Positions 25,363 to 37,442 of a stretch of DNA of 64,000 nucleotides are shown here, one piece after another. The notes beneath the pieces were generated by a model. It searched no databases. It saw only the letters and a list, made by a program, of their open reading frames with translations, and was not told where the DNA came from. Each line of letters opens with the position of its first letter. Within the stretch, counting starts at the first letter, position 1. The stretch is from the NCBI GenBank assembly GCA_951406725.2, contig OX597821.1, positions 67,208,001 through 67,272,000 of the forward strand, given 5' to 3'. Both the position numbers and the translations under genes were made by a program. The stretch comes from Octopus vulgaris. Taxonomy: Eukaryota.

Positions 25363-28300
25363 TTATTAATAATAATAATAATAGTAACATGGAAAAATAC
25401 CTTAGGAATGAGAAGAACCCTTGGAGGGTATATCAGCCTAAACGTGTTAACAAATATCCGTCAAATATAGAAGTGTACAATGCTTATGAATGCCGAGTAG
25501 ATCACATACGCATATTCCGCATTCTGCACTATCGGACACACTGGCTACCTTTCTCCTTCTCTCTCTGATAGTGAACCCTATCGAATCGGTATTATCCCAA
25601 ACAATGTCCAATAGCATATCCATCTTAAGACTGTCAGGTATGTTTACAGAAGTATTTGGTAGATACTTGTAGCGGTAATGTTCCTGGAGCTTATTTTGTT
25701 GGTTCTGTACAATTTGGAAATATTAACACTATTCTACGTTTTTGGAAATTATTAACTTTATTCTGCAGTTTTGAACATTTTAGACGGGACCTATTCTGTA
25801 GAGTTCAACTCCATATTTATATGTACGAATTTATTCGTATACATTTAAATTTATTATCGACAATCAGTCGACTTCAGTTATTTGTTCAAAATGTAAGCCT
25901 CTAAAAATATGCCGTCTAATACTTCATTAGAATTGCAGTGGTAATAGGTTTGATTTTAGCTTTCAGTATCTGATTCCGTTAATAGGAAAGAGAGATAAGA
26001 TGTTGATGTAATTCCTTTAAAGATAATGTTTAAATACTTCAAAATTATGCAAAATATTATATGCATAATTTAAGTTTCAAAAGCTTTTCCTATGTGTGGT
26101 GAACCAGTTTTCTATCTTATGAGAAACAAATCGTCGAGATATTTATAAGCCTCCATTCTATTCCTAACTTTCTTCAACTTTATTCCTAACTGCTTGCTCG
26201 TGGTTTTTTGTTTCATTGGTTTTATTCTCCAATTATCAATATTATATTTTTACCTATCAACTGTCTCTACATAATAGTTTTCTGTCAGTATTTCAGTTAT
26301 TATTTTAAAAAATTACAGAAATATTTGAACCCAAGAAAGATAGGTGAATACGTTATGAACACCATTCTCACCTTAAATATCATACATCTGTTGATAAAAA
26401 CTTCACTGTCATTCTCGGTTGTCGGTTGTGATTTCCGATCTACATCCAATGTCGCCTTTTACATGTAGATGGTTCAGATACAGAGATAAATATCACTGAA
26501 CAGAGCAAGTTCGTGCGTCATAAGAACAAATTAATTCTGACGTTGGGGACACAATTTTTCTCTCTATTACAAAATCTTTATTAACTATTATTTTTTTTTC
26601 TTTTGTCATGTTATTTTTTCGCTGGTATTACTCAGAAAGACTAGTTCATTTGATTTTGATTTTTGTTTGTTTTTTTCTTTATTTTGGGGTTGTTTTTTTT
26701 CCATTTTGTAGTTATAAATCTGTCTAGAGATTTATCATATTCTTTGTTGGTTTCCATTCATTTCTGATTCTATGCAAGTTTGTCTCCCATTTGCGTGTAA
26801 GATGTATGTTTAGATTAATATTACTAAAAACTGCACTGGTCCATAATATTTTTTTAATAAATTATATTATTTCTTCATTTCTATTTTTACAAAAATTATG
26901 GCCCGAATATCACGTTACTCTTTTGCTATACTTTATGTCCGTTTTTCAAGCAAACTTATACAAGAAACAGTGTTATCAATGTCCGGCCTGGTCAAATTCT
27001 GAACAAAAACTGTCTGAATATCTGAGTACACTGAGGTAGTGAAACTATATGAAGTAATTAGTATGGCGAAAATTTATCGCGTATGATGACATATGTGCGA
27101 TCCCTGTTAATTTTATACTCAGGTACAAATAAATACAATTTAGAAATTTGAAAATTTCAGCATGTAGATGCAAAAAATATTGTACACATTTCCGTGCGTG
27201 TAAATTTTCAAAATGGGAATTTTGTTGGGATCCAATGGACAACATGTTTTTATTGTTATATATAAAGGGTCTAAATGAAACTTATGACACACACATACGC
27301 GGGAACCCATAATTTCACATTGAATACTTGTTGTGCGGTGTATCCCTCGGTTGCGATGAGCTAATAGAATTCACGCACGAAATCTTCAGCTTTCTTAGTG
27401 TCAGAACTCGCTGCTTCTCCATACAAAAGTAAGACTGACAGAGTAAGTCACAGACATTTACATATATACTGCGATATATTGGACCAGAAAATGTCACAGT
27501 AGGGACCGACCATGCCCGAACTTCAATAACTGAAACAAATTAATGACAAGAGATACTATATGAAACATATAACAAAGGAAACTTTCTGATCTCATGATAA
27601 CAAATGAGGTTTTACGCAGTCGTTTGACTTAGCAGCCAAATAAAATAGCAGCCAAATAAAACTCAATTTACACACTTCAGCTTCACAAATTGAAAAAACC
27701 GGTAAGATGATATAGTCCCATATGCTTCTAAAAAAAAGATGAGTCGGTCATGGATGGAATGCCATCTGTATCTCATATCTCACCTTAAACAGACATAATC
27801 AGCAACATAGATTTACCCTTGTATTTTGAAGCCATTGACTTTTCAATGCTATTCCTGCTATAGTATTTCTACAGTTACTCTTTCCCTCACTCTCTTCCAC
27901 CACCACCGCTTCCCTTCCCTCTTCCTCTTCTTCATCCTCCTCCTACCTTCTGCAGCCTCTACTGCTGCTGCTGATATTTTGCTTCTTTCTGATGTTGAAA
28001 ATAGCTGTTGCAAAGATCACTTTCACATATAATACCAATGACTGTCTTCATTGTATGCCATTGGTTTTCCACAACAGTATATTGCTGGAGTTTCCACCTG
28101 ACTGCTTGGTCATCATGCAAGAATAACTCTATTCTGACTTTTATTGTTCTTATTGCACCAGTTTTAGTTCGCAGCCACCACCAATAGAGGTCACTGCTAA
28201 CAGGGTAGACAGCTCGGCTTTACAAAACAGTATTTCTGAAACCTCCAGTAAAATATGTGACATATACGTGCGCGTGTATGTGTGTGTTTGTGCGTGCGTA

Positions 28301-28440
28301 TCGGTATGTATGTATATATGTATTCAATGAGTAGATATCCGACTATGCGTGGACAACTGTAATAAGAACTGTCTATTTATATAAGTTATGAAGGAGACAT
28401 ATGCCGCCTCCGTTTGATAAGTTATAGTTTTTGTTATTGA

Positions 28441-28857
28441 AGGCGGCGAGCTGGCAGAAACGTTAGCACGCCGGGCGAAATGCGTAGCGGTATTTCGTCT
28501 GCCGTTGCGTTCTGAGTTCAAATTCCGGTGAGGTTGACTTTGCCTTTCATCCTTTCGAGGTCGATTAAATAAGTACCAGTTACGCACTGGGGTCGATATA
28601 ATTAACTTAATCCCTTTGTCTGTCCTTGTTTGTCCTCTCTGTGTTTAGCCCCTTGTGGGTAGTAAAGAAATAGATATTTCGTCTGCCGTTACGTTCTGAG
28701 TTCAAATTCCGCCAAGGTCGACTTTGCCTTTCATCCTTTCAGAGTCGATAAATTAAGTACCAGTTACTCACTGGGGTCGATATAATCAATTTAATCCGTT
28801 TGTCTGTCCTTGTTTGTCACCTCTGTGTTTAGCCCCTTGTGGGTAGTAAAGAAATCG
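28441..28857 (+). mobile_element. SINE family A dimer
   Basis: Second unit restarts at ~28673 (period ~185). Confidence 0.9.
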
Positions 28858-28860
28858 GTA

Positions 28861-29067
28861 GTGGAGGCGCGTGGTTTAGAGGTTAGGGTGTTTCAATTCC
28901 TGGACTGGGCGACGCATTGTGTTCTTGAGCAAAACACTACATTTCACGTTGCTCTAGTCCACTCAGCTGGCAAAAATGAGTAACGCTGCGATTGACTGGC
29001 GTCCCGTCCAGCTGGGTAACATATACGCCATAGAAACCGGGAATCCGGGCCCATGAGCCTGGCTAGG
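28861..29067 (+). mobile_element. CORE-like SINE (family C, tail variant 3)
   Basis: ggaggcgcgtggtttagaggttagg...ttcttgagcaaaacactacatttcacgttgctc...gactggcgtcccgtccag. Confidence 0.75.
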
Positions 29068-29071
29068 AGAA

Positions 29072-29452
29072 AGGCGACGAGCTGGCAGAAACGTTAACAT
29101 GCCAGGCGAGATGCTTAGCGGTATTTCGTCTGCCGCTACGTTCTGAGTTCAAATTCCGCCGAGGTCGACTTTCCCTTTCATCCTTTCGGGGTCGATTAAA
29201 TAAGTACCAGTTACGCACTGGTGTCGATATAATCGATTTAATCCGTGTGTCTGTCCTTGTTTGTACTCTGTGTTTAGCTACTTGTGGGTAGTAAAGAAAT
29301 AGGTATTTCGTCTGTCTTTATGTTCTGAGTTCAAGCTCCGCCGAAGTCGACTTTGCCTTTGATCCTTTCGGAGTCGATAAATTAAGTACCAGTTGCGTAC
29401 TGGGGTAGAGCTAATCGACTGGCCCACTCCCCCTATATTTCGGGCCTTGTGC
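29072..29452 (+). mobile_element. SINE family A dimer (second unit with old-type tail)
   Basis: Restart at ~29302; ends tttcgggccttgtgcc. Confidence 0.85.
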
Positions 29453-29688
29453 CATGCTGGGGCACCGACTTAAAGTATTTTCAGTCGGAAGAATCGATTG
29501 CCACTATTTATTTTCTCAAAACTGTTTCTTACTCTATCGGTTAATTTCCTGAACCGTTATGTTACGGGGACATAAACATACAACTACCGGTCGTTAAGCG
29601 ATGGGGGATTGGAGAAACGCATTCACAAAGACATGCGTGACCGCACACACGCCCCCCCCCCCCCGAACACACATACACACATATATAG

Positions 29689-29724
<36 letters not shown>

Positions 29725-29925
29725 AGAGAGAGAGAGAGAGAGACATAGATAGATATAGATATATGTGCGCCGGACTTCTTTCAGTTTCCGGCTACCTAAT
29801 TCACTCACATGGTTTTGGTCGGCCAAAGAATCCAGTAGAAGACACTTGTCCAAGGCAATATGAAGTGGGGTTGAACCCCGAACCATGTGGTTGGGAACCA
29901 ACCTTCTTACCACACAGCGACCTCG
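29452..29925 (-). mobile_element. SINE family B, diverged
   Basis: catgctggggcaccg...agaagacacttgtccaagg...ttaccacacagc. Confidence 0.8.
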
Positions 29926-30199
29926 TCTGTATCGCTTCAACAGCTACCAGGCACGTACTGGGATCGTAAAAGCCGACCGTATTGTCACCATAAAATTATG
30001 ACATCGTTCCTATGCTAGAAATCAATATTATATGTCTTAAAGGAAATGGAATGCAAAGCTACCATAATCTCTTACAACATATATTAATGCCCTTTATATT
30101 TTAAAAGACAATAAGTGCTCAATGGACTGAGGCAATGCAAAAACCAAGTGTCTTGCTAAAAGGACATATGCGACATCCAATTGGACAAGTAAACGCATA

Positions 30200-30321
30200 A
30201 TACAGTTCTATATTTAAGAGATGAGGAATTATGTTCATTATTTACGTTGTTTACATATGGCATAGTAGTTAAGAGCGCGGGTTACTAACACCAAGATTCC
30301 GAGTTCGAATCCAGGTTGTGA

Positions 30322-30402
<81 letters not shown>

Positions 30403-31025
30403 TAACAATAGGCGCAGGAGTGGCTGTGTGGTAAGTAGCTTGCTAACCAACCACATGGTTCTGGGTTCAGTCCCACTGCGTGGCATCTTGGGCAAGTGTC
30501 TTCTGCTATAGCCCCGGGCCGACCAATGCCTTGTGAGTGGATTTGGTAGACGGAAACTGAAAGAAGCCTGTCGTATATATGTATATATATATATGTATGT
30601 GTGTGTGTGTTTGTGTGTCTGTGTTTGTCCCCCTAGCATTGCCTGACAACCGATGCTGGTGTGTTTACGTCCCCGTCACTTAGCGGTTCGGCAAAAGAGA
30701 CCGATAGAATAAGTACTGGGCTTACAAAGAATAAGTTCCGGGGTCGATTTGCTCGACTAAAGGCGGTGCTCCAGCATGGCCGCAGTCAAATGACTGAAAC
30801 AAGTAAAAGAGTAAAGAGTAAAGAGAGTAATAATAATAATAACAATAATAATAATAGTAATAACATCGAAAAATACCTTAGGAATGAGAACCCAGGTTCG
30901 AAATTTCCCCAAGACACCTGATAATAGCGGTGGGGGGTATCTCAGCCAAAACGTTGTGTTAACAACAAACAAGATGAGGACAAATATCCACCAAATGTAA
31001 ATAATGTAAGTAATGTAAATAATGA
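30200..31025 (+). mobile_element. PLE terminal-repeat copy (inverted end, tRNA-like head, (TAA)n, hammerhead-like motif) split by a SINE
   Basis: Homologous to 25296-25470 and 3874-3984; a SINE B copy occupies 30410-30827 inside the TAA array. Confidence 0.75.
30410..30827 (+). mobile_element. SINE family B, full length, inserted in (TAA)n
   Basis: ggcgcaggagtggctgtgtggtaag (A box), gggttcagtccc (B box), cttgggcaagtgtctt, tail (gagtaaa)n. Confidence 0.9.
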
Positions 31026-31266
31026 AAAGTAAATGCATTTTCTAACAATCCTGATCCCCAAATCCCAAGAACTAGGTTATGCAATTATGTGCCTTCAGGT
31101 AGTAAGTACAATAGATAGAATATATTAAATAAAAGAAGTAATTTTCACAAGAGAGTGAACCTGGGCACCTCACGTTGTTTGAAACATATATCTATCGTTT
31201 ACCAGGTGACCATATCAGTGATTCGATAGCAAAGCCCCAGGAGATAACGTCACCACCCTCTCTATA

Positions 31267-31339
<73 letters not shown>

Positions 31340-31469
31340 CTATCTCTCTTTATCACTCTATCTATCTATCTGTCCTTATCTTTCTCTGTTTTTCTCCCAC
31401 ATGTGTATCTCTCTATGTCATATATGTGTGTGTGAGTGTGTGTGTGTGTGTGTGTGTGTTTGTGTGTGC

Positions 31470-31642
31470 TTTAGCCACTACACACATTTTTTCTCTCCTT
31501 GTTTTTTCTATGTACCTTTCTGTAGAAGAGCGTAGGCTCGAAACGTAAAAGACTTTTGTTATTCCTGAGCGTTATACTAATACATTTGTTTGTTTTGTAC
31601 ACCACCTGTCTTCGTCTTTTGTCTTATTCGTAAACTTTCCCA

Positions 31643-31645
<3 letters not shown>
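31470..31645 (+). mobile_element. PLE-like terminal repeat with hammerhead-like motif
   Basis: cttt-ctgtaga-a-gagc-gtag-gctc-gaaac-gta-aaag; shares ttcctgagcgt with 40496; ends in (TA)n. Confidence 0.6.
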
Positions 31646-31713
<68 letters not shown>

Positions 31714-31746
31714 TATTTATACATAAATATACATACAAATACACAA

Positions 31747-31785
<39 letters not shown>

Positions 31786-32119
31786 TATACATATATATAT
31801 ACCTACACGCACACACACTCAAACACACATATATCTATGTATGTATATATGTAGAAGTTTGAAAAGTAACACATGAGTTGATGGTAAGTGTAAGGAAAAT
31901 AAGACAAGATAGGAAATGGTAAAATAAAATGAAATACATCTTGTTACGTTGAGTACCGTTTTCAGTCTTTTCGAGTTTTTCCAATTAAGAGCAAAAGAAA
32001 GAAGAAAAATAATTAAATTGAAGAAAAAATTAAATGAAATGTTCAGTAAATATTTTCATCTTCTTCAAATAGGTGGGACGTTTTCCTTTTTTCTGTCTGC
32101 CTGTCTATCTGTCTGTCTG

Positions 32120-32171
<52 letters not shown>

Positions 32172-32289
32172 TCTCTCTCTCTTCCTTTTTGAAAGCTCGG
32201 TAGGTAGTAGCAGATCTTTAGAAATTAGTCTTTTATGGGAGTAGAGAAATATTTCTTTCTGGGGTTTGATGGTTTAAGCCGCAGCAGAA

Positions 32290-32372
32290 GCAGAAGAAGA
32301 AGAAGAAGAAGAAGAAGAAGAAGAAGAAGAAGAAGAAGAAGAAGAAGAAGAAGAAGAAGAAGAAGAAGAAAG
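32290..32372. repeat. (GAA)n microsatellite
   Basis: Seen directly. Confidence 0.95.
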
Positions 32373-32822
32373 TGGTATGACCCAGTAATAGAGGTTGTTC
32401 GTAAAATCTACTTTAAGGGTCAAGCGATTTAAAAGTGACTTGTGGTTGTAGCAGTAGTGGCAGGAACTGTTCTAAATAAATTCATGGGTAGCGACTGCTC
32501 TTAATATATCCATCGTTTTTAATATTTGCTTCGGTATTATTCTAAGATCCTTGTAGTAATGTGATCTGTGATGTAACCATTCAAAGGAGGTTTATATTTT
32601 GCGATGAAATATGATTCTTTGCTACTACGCTGATTATAGGTTCATTGTCCCTAAATTTATAGGAGGCAAAATTCTAAAGTTGGGTTGTTCATTAGTGTCG
32701 GAAATTTCGATGTATTCATTTCTGTATGTTTCTGTATTCCCGTATTTTAAGCTGGGATCTATGTACGGTCATTCACTTGCGTAGATTGCTTATAGCTTGA
32801 CTGTTAGTCAAACTAAAAGATA

Positions 32823-33074
32823 CCGGGTCTGATCAATGAATGTTTGAACTGTTGCCATAGTATCGGAGCTAAAGCACGCAAAGTGAGGTTGCTTGGTACA
32901 AATTAACCTTGCACTCTGCTGTGCATGCACACTAAGATGTAACGTTTTAGCTCACTTCTGCTGTTTGAAACAGAGCTTGGACTGACGGTGTGCAACGAGT
33001 GATCGTCGCACTGAATGACAGAAAAAGTTGACCAGAGAATCTGCATCAAATTTTAACAAAATCTTAACGATACC
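32823..33074 (+). mobile_element. Mariner 5' end (TIR, leader and start of transposase)
   Basis: TA|ccgggtctgatcaat; MTEKVDQRICIKF*QNL. Confidence 0.75.
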
Positions 33075-33492
33075 TACTCTTTACTCTTTTTTTTCTTACT
33101 TGTTTCCGTCATTTGCTTTTGGCCATGCTGGAGCACCGCCTTTACTCGGGCAAATTGACCCCAGGACTTATTCTTTGTAAGCCTAGTATTTATTCTATCG
33201 GTCATTTTTGCCGAACTACTGAGTTGCGGGGACGTAAACACACTAGCATCGGTTGTCAAGCGATGTTTGGGGACAAATACAGATACACAAACATACTAAC
33301 ACACACACATACACATATATATACATATATACGACGAGCTTCTTTCAGTTTCCGTCTACCAAATCCACTCACAAGGCTTTGGTCAGCCAGAGGCTATAGT
33401 AGAAGACACCTGCCCAGTGCCACGCAGTAGGACTGAACTGGATCCATGTGGCTGGTAGGCAAGTTACTTACCACACAGCCACTCCTACGCCT
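33075..33492 (-). mobile_element. SINE family B, full length
   Basis: Matches the family B consensus. Confidence 0.9.
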
Positions 33493-33494
33493 AA

Positions 33495-34106
33495 TAACAT
33501 GCTCGAAAATTTTTCATCGTTCTCGTCGCAATGAAATGGATCTGGTGCATCTGAAACCCGAGTCTACTTTTAGTCAGCCGAAAGCGGTTTTAGTATAAAC
33601 TTGGTATATCGGCGTCTCATACCCAAAGCTTCGGTGATAATGGACTGAAATGAACCGTAAGTAATCTGGTCATCCTCTGATAACTCACTGATGCTGGAAT
33701 CAACGATTTCCTCTCACAGTGGCTCGCACATCTACGATGTTTTTCTCTGTTTTACTGATTACAGGTCTCCCATAACTTTTGTCACTATCGACACTTTTTC
33801 GGCCATCTTGGAAAAGTCTGAACCACTCGTTCACTTGTGTGCAGCTTCTGCATTCGTCTCCATACACTTTCTGCAACTTTGTGTAGGTCTCTGAGAAGGT
33901 ATCACCATGTCATGGTCAATCCAACGATCACACGCTACACACTTTCATTCGAAGTTCTACTATAAACAGCGGAAGTGGGCTGGATCGTTAATACTTAGTG
34001 CGTATGTACGTAGAGGTCAAGGTCAATATTTGCCAAGCGGCTTTTCCCTGCGTGGTTGAGTTTCGTTACTATTGCAACAGTCCGGATACTTATTGATCAG
34101 ACCTCG
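33495..34106 (-). mobile_element. Mariner 5' half, decayed
   Basis: attgatcagacctcg|TA terminus; SETYTKLQKVYGDEC..QVNEWFRLFQDGRKSVDSD..GRP (HTH region). Confidence 0.8.
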
Positions 34107-35044
34107 TATAGGTATCGGTAGTCAAGTGTAATTCCCAAGCTCGAAAGTTCCCTCGACGACACATTAAATCACAACATTTAAGCATATAACAATACACCGC
34201 TGGGCATCTCTTTCCGTACTTATAATAATAATGTATAACTTAAACACAACACCCCAAGTTTCGGTGAAAGGAAAAGTCATATTGTGATCCTAGTACTGTA
34301 TTTTAGTTAATATCCATAGAGCTTGATATCTGGAACGTTAAGACATTTAAGGAAATACGCCACAACATTTTTTCCGACGCTCAAACTATTCTAAAATTTC
34401 ACGAATATTCCGTCACTCATAAGAATGGTAGTTTACGAATCCAAATCGCTAATCTATGGGCAAGAAGAAATATGTTTAGTAAAGAAGTACTTTCCATCGA
34501 GCGTGTAACGTATCAGCTAAGGAATATGAATAAAACGTATACAATATATACTCAGCTCTCAAATGCAACAACGCCAGTTGAAACACTGTATCCACCATCG
34601 CACCCCTGAGGATGTGATGAAGTATAAGAAGTTAATTATTTTGTATTTTACCTCTCTATTTATCCTTTTCAAATCACAAGTTTTACTGAGTGCAATTGCA
34701 TTTGAAAGACATAAAAGCGAGCAGCCATGAAGTTTGTATTTACGGCTGCAAACAGCGATGTTACTGTTAATTAGCAAGCTGTAAAGCACAAAACTATATA
34801 TGTTCACTGGGTTTTTCCTCTCCTAAGAGTAAGTCAAATGAATTCATGCCTGCTTACACATAATTACGAGTTCAAAGAGTTAATCCCAAGCTCGATTTCA
34901 CGCTATCGCTTTACCTTTCAGTATGTTCAAATGCACTTATTTTATTGGCTGTAATGTGATTGAACTAAGAAGTTAGAAACGGCATAAACGAAATCCCAAG
35001 ATATTTTGTTGTGCGATTTAGCGATCCTGCGTTTACAGTGACTT

Positions 35045-35655
35045 TCTTAATAATTGTTTGTAATTTAGGCATACAGTTAGAGGATACGTGGCTAATCGAT
35101 TATTTTGACCTTACTATTTGGCTAGTAGTTTATTCTATCGTCCTTCGAAGTGATGTAAAGCAAAGTTGAACTCAGCATCATTTGAACTCAGAACATAAAG
35201 TGCCGGAACAAATACGACAATGCATTTTATCCGACGCAGAAAGGATTCGGCCAATCAATCGCTCTAGGACAAAAACCTCCTAATAATAGCGGTATATATC
35301 ATATCAGTTTCAAATTTTGGCACAAGGCCAGCAAGACCGGGGAGGGTTCAAGTCGATTACGTTGAGCATATTTTAGTGATCCCGAAAGAATGAAATTTGA
35401 ATCCAGAAATTTAAGACGTTTTGCCCGGCGTGCAACGACCCTACCAGCTCACCGCTCTTATCTTATAATTTATATCATATCGGTTTCAAATTTTGCCACA
35501 AGGCCAGCAATATCGGGGAGGGTGCAAATCGATTACGTTGACCCAGTGCTCAGCTAGTATTTATTTTAATGACCCCCGAAAGAAAGAAATTTGAACCCAT
35601 AAATTTAAGACGTTTTACCCGGCGTGCTAACGATTCTACAAGCTCACCACTCTTA
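35045..35655 (-). mobile_element. Three old SINE A copies, the last two a tandem duplication
   Basis: 35295-35460 and 35471-35656 share flanks (tatatcatatc, ctcttat) and internal deletions. Confidence 0.75.
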
Positions 35656-36188
35656 TGATTTATATTATATCGATGAGGACGAGAAGAAGCTATTTAGAGA
35701 AAAGCATAAGAACTTTTGTGAAGACGCGTGGTCTATTGATGAAAGTGTCGCTTTCTCGAATTGACCTTACGTTCGATAAGTCGTGGTTTCAATTCCCAAC
35801 TAGAGCAAAGCAATCAATCATTGCATGTTGCTCCCCTAAAAATGGGTACAGGGCACATTATTGTTCAATTACAACAGACAGTTACTTCGCTGAATGGAAG
35901 GAAATCTTGCACACTTGCTTCAGGCTGAAGAAACATTTGATGCAAGATTATGTAAAGATGGTACTTTACACGTATTTACTTCAGTATTTACTTTACACAG
36001 TACGAATGTGAAAGGTCACGAAACAGAAACGTAGAGGTTATTCTAAGATCGGATTCGAGCTGAAAAAGCTGTAAAGAGATATTGTAAGTTATATGCTTGT
36101 TTCTCTACCAATATGATATAAGCAAAAAAAACAACAAAATTACAAAAATAACAACAACGATGGTGAAAATAGTGGCGGTATTGGTGAA

Positions 36189-36606
36189 AGGCGGTGAGCT
36201 GGCAGAAACGGTAGCACGCCGGGCGAAATGCGTAGCTGTATTTCGTCTGTCGTTACGTTGTGAGTTCAAATTCCGCTGGGGTCGACTTTGCCTTTCATCC
36301 TTTCGGGGTCGATAAATTAAGTACCAGCTACGCACTTGGGGTAGATTTAATCGACTTAATACCTACGTCTGTCCTTGTTTGTCCCCTCTATGTTTAGCTC
36401 CTTGTGGGCAATAAAGAAATAGGTATTTCGTCTGCCGCTACGTTCTGAGTTCAAATTCCGCCGAGTTCGACTTTGCCTTTCATCCTTTCGGGGTCGATTA
36501 AATAAGTACCAGTTACGCACTGGTGTCGATATAATCGACTTAATCCGTGTGTCTGCCCTTGTTTGTTCCCTCTGTGTTTAGCCCCTTGTGGGTAGTAAAG
36601 AAATAG
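36189..36606 (+). mobile_element. SINE family A dimer
   Basis: Restart at ~36422; TSD-like aatagtggcggtattggtg / aattgtggcggtagtggtg. Confidence 0.9.
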
Positions 36607-36611
36607 ATAAT

Positions 36612-36809
36612 TGTGGCGGTAGTGGTGGTGGAGGCGGCTGTGTATTGGTGGTGGTGATGGTAGTGGTGTTGGTGGTAGTGGTGGCGGTCATCGTATTGGT
36701 GGTAGTGGTGGTGGTGGTTTTGTGTGGCTGAGGTGACGGCGACAGCGGTTGTTGTTGTTGCTTTATTCATGATGATGATGATGATGAAGATGATGACGAT
36801 GATGATGAC

Positions 36810-36848
<39 letters not shown>

Positions 36849-37002
36849 GATGATGATGAAGATAATGATGATGATGATGATGATGATGATTATGAAGATG
36901 ATGACGATGATGATGATGATGATGACGATGTCGATAATGATGAAATTAACAGGAATAATAGGAAAAATGTTCAACATAATGACGACGATGACGACGATGA
37001 TG

Positions 37003-37036
<34 letters not shown>

Positions 37037-37046
37037 CGACGACGAT
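36612..37046. repeat. (GGT)n then (GAT)n microsatellite block
   Basis: Seen directly; source of the poly-M/poly-I ORFs. Confidence 0.9.
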
Positions 37047-37399
37047 GTGCCATCATCCACCGTTTTATCTGTTTTATTGGCCAACAACTTTATCTCGCAA
37101 ACATTCCATCATTCTTCAGAAAATGACTTCTACTTTGATAACTCTAAATTTTCTATTCCCATCTGAGGTTTACAATGAATTATATCCAACATTGTGTTTT
37201 GTTTTTATTTTGTTTCTTTGTTTTTTTGTTTCTTTTGTAACGTCTATATACTTTTTATACATACCCATATAAATATATTAATATATGTGTGTATGTGTGT
37301 GTGTATGTTTGTGTGTATGTGTGTATAGGTGTATGCCTGTGTATATATCAAGACATCTATGCCAATATATATATGAATATATGTGTGATGTGTATATAG

Positions 37400-37442
<43 letters not shown>

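Larger units (their letters stand above)
24770..25470 (+). mobile_element. Penelope-like element, 5'-truncated with inverted 5' piece, GIY-YIG remnant and terminal repeat
   Basis: GIY-YIG reading at 24939-25274. atttgacggatatttg (~24772) is the inverse of caaatatccgtcaaat (~25451). Confidence 0.8.

Noticed and set aside
28441-29452. Regularly spaced repeats resembling a CRISPR array
   Set aside because: These are ~185-bp SINE units with no unique spacers and no cas genes; eukaryotic context.
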